Assembly (NCBI GenBank): GCA_037447605.1
Contig: CM074808.1
Coordinates: 186,001 to 250,000 of the forward strand
DNA: 64,000 nucleotides
Direction of reading: 5' to 3'
Source: Zygnema circumcarinatum SAG 698-1b
Taxonomy: Eukaryota; Plantae; Zygnematophyceae
Position numbers and translations under genes: made by a program. The notes below the pieces were generated by a model that did not search any database, was not told where the DNA came from, and was given only the letters and a program-made list of their open reading frames with translations. Position 1 is the stretch's first letter, and every line of letters begins with the position of its first letter. Positions 61,501 to 64,000 of the stretch are shown one piece after another.

Positions 61501-62394
61501 GCAGAGAGAGGTGGGCAGCTTGAGAGGGAGAGAGGGCAGGTAGAGAGGGGAGTGGGAGATGGGAGCGGAGAGCTGTAGGAGGGGAAAGCGAAGGGGAGAA
61601 GGCAGTGAGGAAGGAGCAAAGGAAGAGGGAAACTTGAAAATTTTCGACCTTTCTACTAGCAGACTCTAATTCATGAGTATCCAATTTATGAACCCCAATA
61701 CATGCTCACTCTGAAACATATTTCTGAACCAGAAAATGGGGGAAGGGGTGGGGAGGGCGACAGGGAGAGAGAACGACAGGGGGGGAGGGAGGGGGAGAGA
61801 GAGAGAGGGAGATATTTACCTGACAAATTTGAGTGAATCATACAGATTAAAGACCCGGAAACGTAATACATTGCTATATTCCATGATGTCACTCAAAAGC
61901 CATACTGGCAATAATACCTTGGTCTCCGTCGCCAGCTGGACGTGCGTCTCAATGCCGATGACTGCCTCATACTCCGCCTGCTGTCCACGTGGCGTCTCCA
62001 CATCACTTCCTGCCTCTGCGGTGGCGCCAGCTGGCGCAGCAACCCTAACCCTAAACCTCTCTCGTTTTGGGCGGGCTCCTCCAAGCTCAGCAGCAGTGCA
62101 GAATCCGAATTTGGGATTGGAAACCGAACGATAAATAAGAGTATGAGAAGGGTAAGAGGTAGGGAGGAGGCTGGGCTTAGGATTAGGGTTAGGGTTAGGG
62201 TTAGGGCTAGGGTTCAGGGTTCGTGGAGAGAAAGAGAAGTGCCGGGGGGAAGAGCGGAGAAAGCAGCACGCCCATTGGAAGCGGTGAGAGGGAGAGGAAG
62301 AGAGAGAGGGAGGGAGAGGGAGAGCGAGAGAGAGGGAGAGAGAGGGAGAGGGACGGGAGAGAGCCATGCCCGCCATGGCCACCGCCTTCGCCAT
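56875..62394 (-). CDS. GATB: Glutamyl-tRNA(Gln) amidotransferase subunit B, organellar; scrambled by assembly duplications, one exon probably lost in a gap
   Basis: Exons 62394-61918, 61224-61012, 60837-60673, 60459-60250 (copies at -1502), 58347-58207, 58015-57812 (copy at +1974), 57611-57414, 57231-57163, 56949-56875. Motifs: [99 protein letters not shown]. The expected ITDP..FAGQ exon is absent at gap 57111-57120. Confidence 0.95.
59677..61166. repeat. Gap-bounded duplicates inside GatB (59754-60155 = 57780-58181; 60166-61166 = 58664-59664), probable scaffolding artefact
   Basis: Constant offsets of 1974 and 1502 between matching exons and introns; every junction is a 10-N gap. Confidence 0.88.
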
Positions 62395-62573
62395 GGACTG
62401 TCGGCCGGGAATAGGCCATGGGCCTCGCGCAGGGCCCACGGCATGGCCATGCATGCATGTGGATGCATGGCTGGAGCTGGCTAAGTCATTAGTTAGTCAT
62501 AGCTGGGCCCACACCGACACATGTCTTAGTTTAAAGCCAGTTAAACTGTGACAGGGACACATATGTAGGAAAG

Positions 62574-62626
62574 GTACACTCTGGGAATCCTTTCAGGTAC
62601 TGTACGGCAATGTACAGATTCTGTAC
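62574..62626. promoter_or_regulatory. Cluster of five GTAC cores in the GatB/MCM2 bidirectional promoter
   Basis: GTAC at 62574, 62597, 62602, 62612, 62623. Confidence 0.45.
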
Positions 62627-62970
62627 GAATAATTTGTCATTTTGTGCTCCAGGTGGTCCATTTTCCCGCGCAAATTTGGAGGGCGCCAGCCAATGGGAAG
62701 CCCTCGCCACATGTGCGAAACTGCTTACCGCATTTCGATGGAAAGCCGCATAGTGAGAGCTGTCCCCCAATTTAGGGTTCCGCCAGGAGAGGGTAAAAAT
62801 TTAGATTTTTTTTTGAAATTTAAATTTGTGGGGCATTTTCCTTCCCTCTTCATTTTACTATTTCGGCGCAAGGCGTTAATTGGGTTTAAACCAGCACCTT
62901 TTTTTTTTCTTACAGTTTCCTTGAAGTTTTTTTTTTCTTAAATTGAGTCGTTTTCAGATCCGAGCTTCAA

Positions 62971-63459
62971 ATGGTAAGTAGGACCAGAGTTTCTCTTTTA
63001 AAAAAAAGAACTTGAGTTTCTCGAAGCTAACTGGGTTTTTCAGTTTTTTAAGGTTTCTGGGTCTCTGGGGTTTTTAGGGTTTACTGCTGCAGTGAATGCT
63101 TTTGTGAGGGTTTAAGAGATTTGGGGTTTAGGGTTCAAGCAGGACCCCGAGAGGGAGGTCAGCGGGGAATTCGGAGAGCCGTTGGATTCGGAAGGATCGG
63201 ACGGTCCGGAAGCTTCCCGAAGGCAAATGTCACCCGGTACGCCATTTTTTTTGATTTTTCTAATTTTCTTATTGAGTTTCTCATTCTTTCTTCATATATT
63301 TAATGAGTAGGACCTCGTTTCTATTTTTTTTTGGTTGAATATTTTCGTTCTGTCTTGTGGCGCAGAGGAGGCGGAGGAGGATGTGAACCTGTTTGAGGAG
63401 GAGGGAGAGAACGAGGAAGACGAGGAGGGCGAGGACCTGCTCGGAGATGACATGCTCAA
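62971..63459 (+). CDS. MCM2: 5' exons of a gene running off the window, probably DNA replication licensing factor MCM2
   Basis: ATG|gtaagt at 62971-62973, exon 63143-63236 (DPEREVSGEFGEPLDSEGSDGPEASRRQMSP), exon 63366-63459 (EEAEEDVNLFEEEGENEEDEEGEDLLGDDML). The acidic E-E-G-E-D-L-x-G-D-x-M resembles the MCM2 N-terminal histone-binding region. Only ~64 codons are visible. Confidence 0.6.
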
Positions 63460-63474
63460 GTGAGGGAGCGCGCC

Positions 63475-64000
63475 CTGAACCCTAATAACCTGAACTCTAC
63501 TCCGAACTCTACACCCTAAAACCTCAAGTCCTGAACCCTAATAACCTAAACTCTACTCCGAGCTCTAAACCCTAAAACCCCAAGTCCTGAACCCTGATAA
63601 CCTTAAATCTACTTCGAACTCTGAACTTTAAAACCCCAAGTCCTGAACCCTCAACCCTTGCCCTAAACTCTGATTCCAAGAGTCTACACTTCTAACCCTA
63701 ACCCTAAATCTAAACGTTAGTATTCTAAACTCTTAACCCTAGCCCTGTACTCCAAACCCTAAACTCGAAACTCTAGAACCTGACCTGACCATCACCTCTA
63801 ATTTTAAACCCTAAACCCTAAATCTAAATCCGAAACTTTAACCCTAATTCCTGAACCCTTACCCTCAGACCCAAAACCCCAAACCCTAACCTCCCTCAAC
63901 CCTCCCCACATCTCTAAAACCCTAATTTGGTTAAACCCTAAACCCTTAATCCTAATTCCTGAACCCTTACCCTCAGACCCAAAACCCCAAACCCTAACCT
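63475..64000 (-). repeat. Degenerate (CCCTAAA)n-derived array including three 56-bp higher-order units (63475, 63531, 63587)
   Basis: ctgaaccctaataacctgaactctactccgaactctacaccctaaaacctcaagtc recurs at exact 56-nt spacing. A ~49-nt block at ~63844 is repeated at ~63952. Confidence 0.85.

Noticed and set aside
63475-63642. Regularly spaced repeats as a possible CRISPR array
   Set aside because: Tandem units with no unique spacers, in a eukaryotic intron, with no cas genes.
1-64000. tRNA, rRNA, snRNA genes, LTR/LINE coding domains, viral or prokaryotic inserts
   Set aside because: No cloverleaf, rRNA signature, RT/integrase/transposase motif or intronless foreign block was recognisable by eye; tRNAscan-SE and Infernal would be needed to exclude small RNAs.

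Overview
Gene-dense, intron-rich eukaryotic nuclear DNA from a green plant-lineage organism, most likely a streptophyte alga. This is inferred from the nuclear ATPG with a transit peptide, plant-type R2R3-MYB, GatB and ODR4, and compact intergenic spacing. By hand-splicing GT-AG exons I reconstructed 12 protein-coding genes: eIF3h (+, 5' part outside the window), RRP46 (-), a purple acid phosphatase (+), GPN3 (-), ATPG (+), eIF2-gamma (+), ODR4-like (-), a Gfo/Idh/MocA oxidoreductase (+), a 2OG-Fe(II)-oxygenase-like protein (-), an R2R3-MYB (-), GatB (-) and the probable 5' end of MCM2 (+). Introns are filled with GA/CT-type microsatellites, G-rich polypurine tracts and interstitial telomere-like arrays (TTAGGG, TTTAGGG, TTTTAGGG and higher-order derivatives); most long ORFs in the supplied track are artefacts of these repeats. 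The strongest novelty candidate is an unannotated two-exon ARID-like DNA-binding domain directly downstream of the 2OG-oxygenase-like gene. It can be spliced in frame to that gene, whose protein has lost its iron ligands. Other points: two abutting foldback elements upstream of the MYB, telomeric repeats apparently inside the GatB presequence, clustered GTAC (SBP/SPL-type) sites in promoters and uORFs ahead of eIF2-gamma. Seven 10-N gaps and gap-flanked duplications (37.8-39.7 kb, 57.8-61.2 kb) look like assembly artefacts. All family assignments come from remembered motifs; no database search was run.
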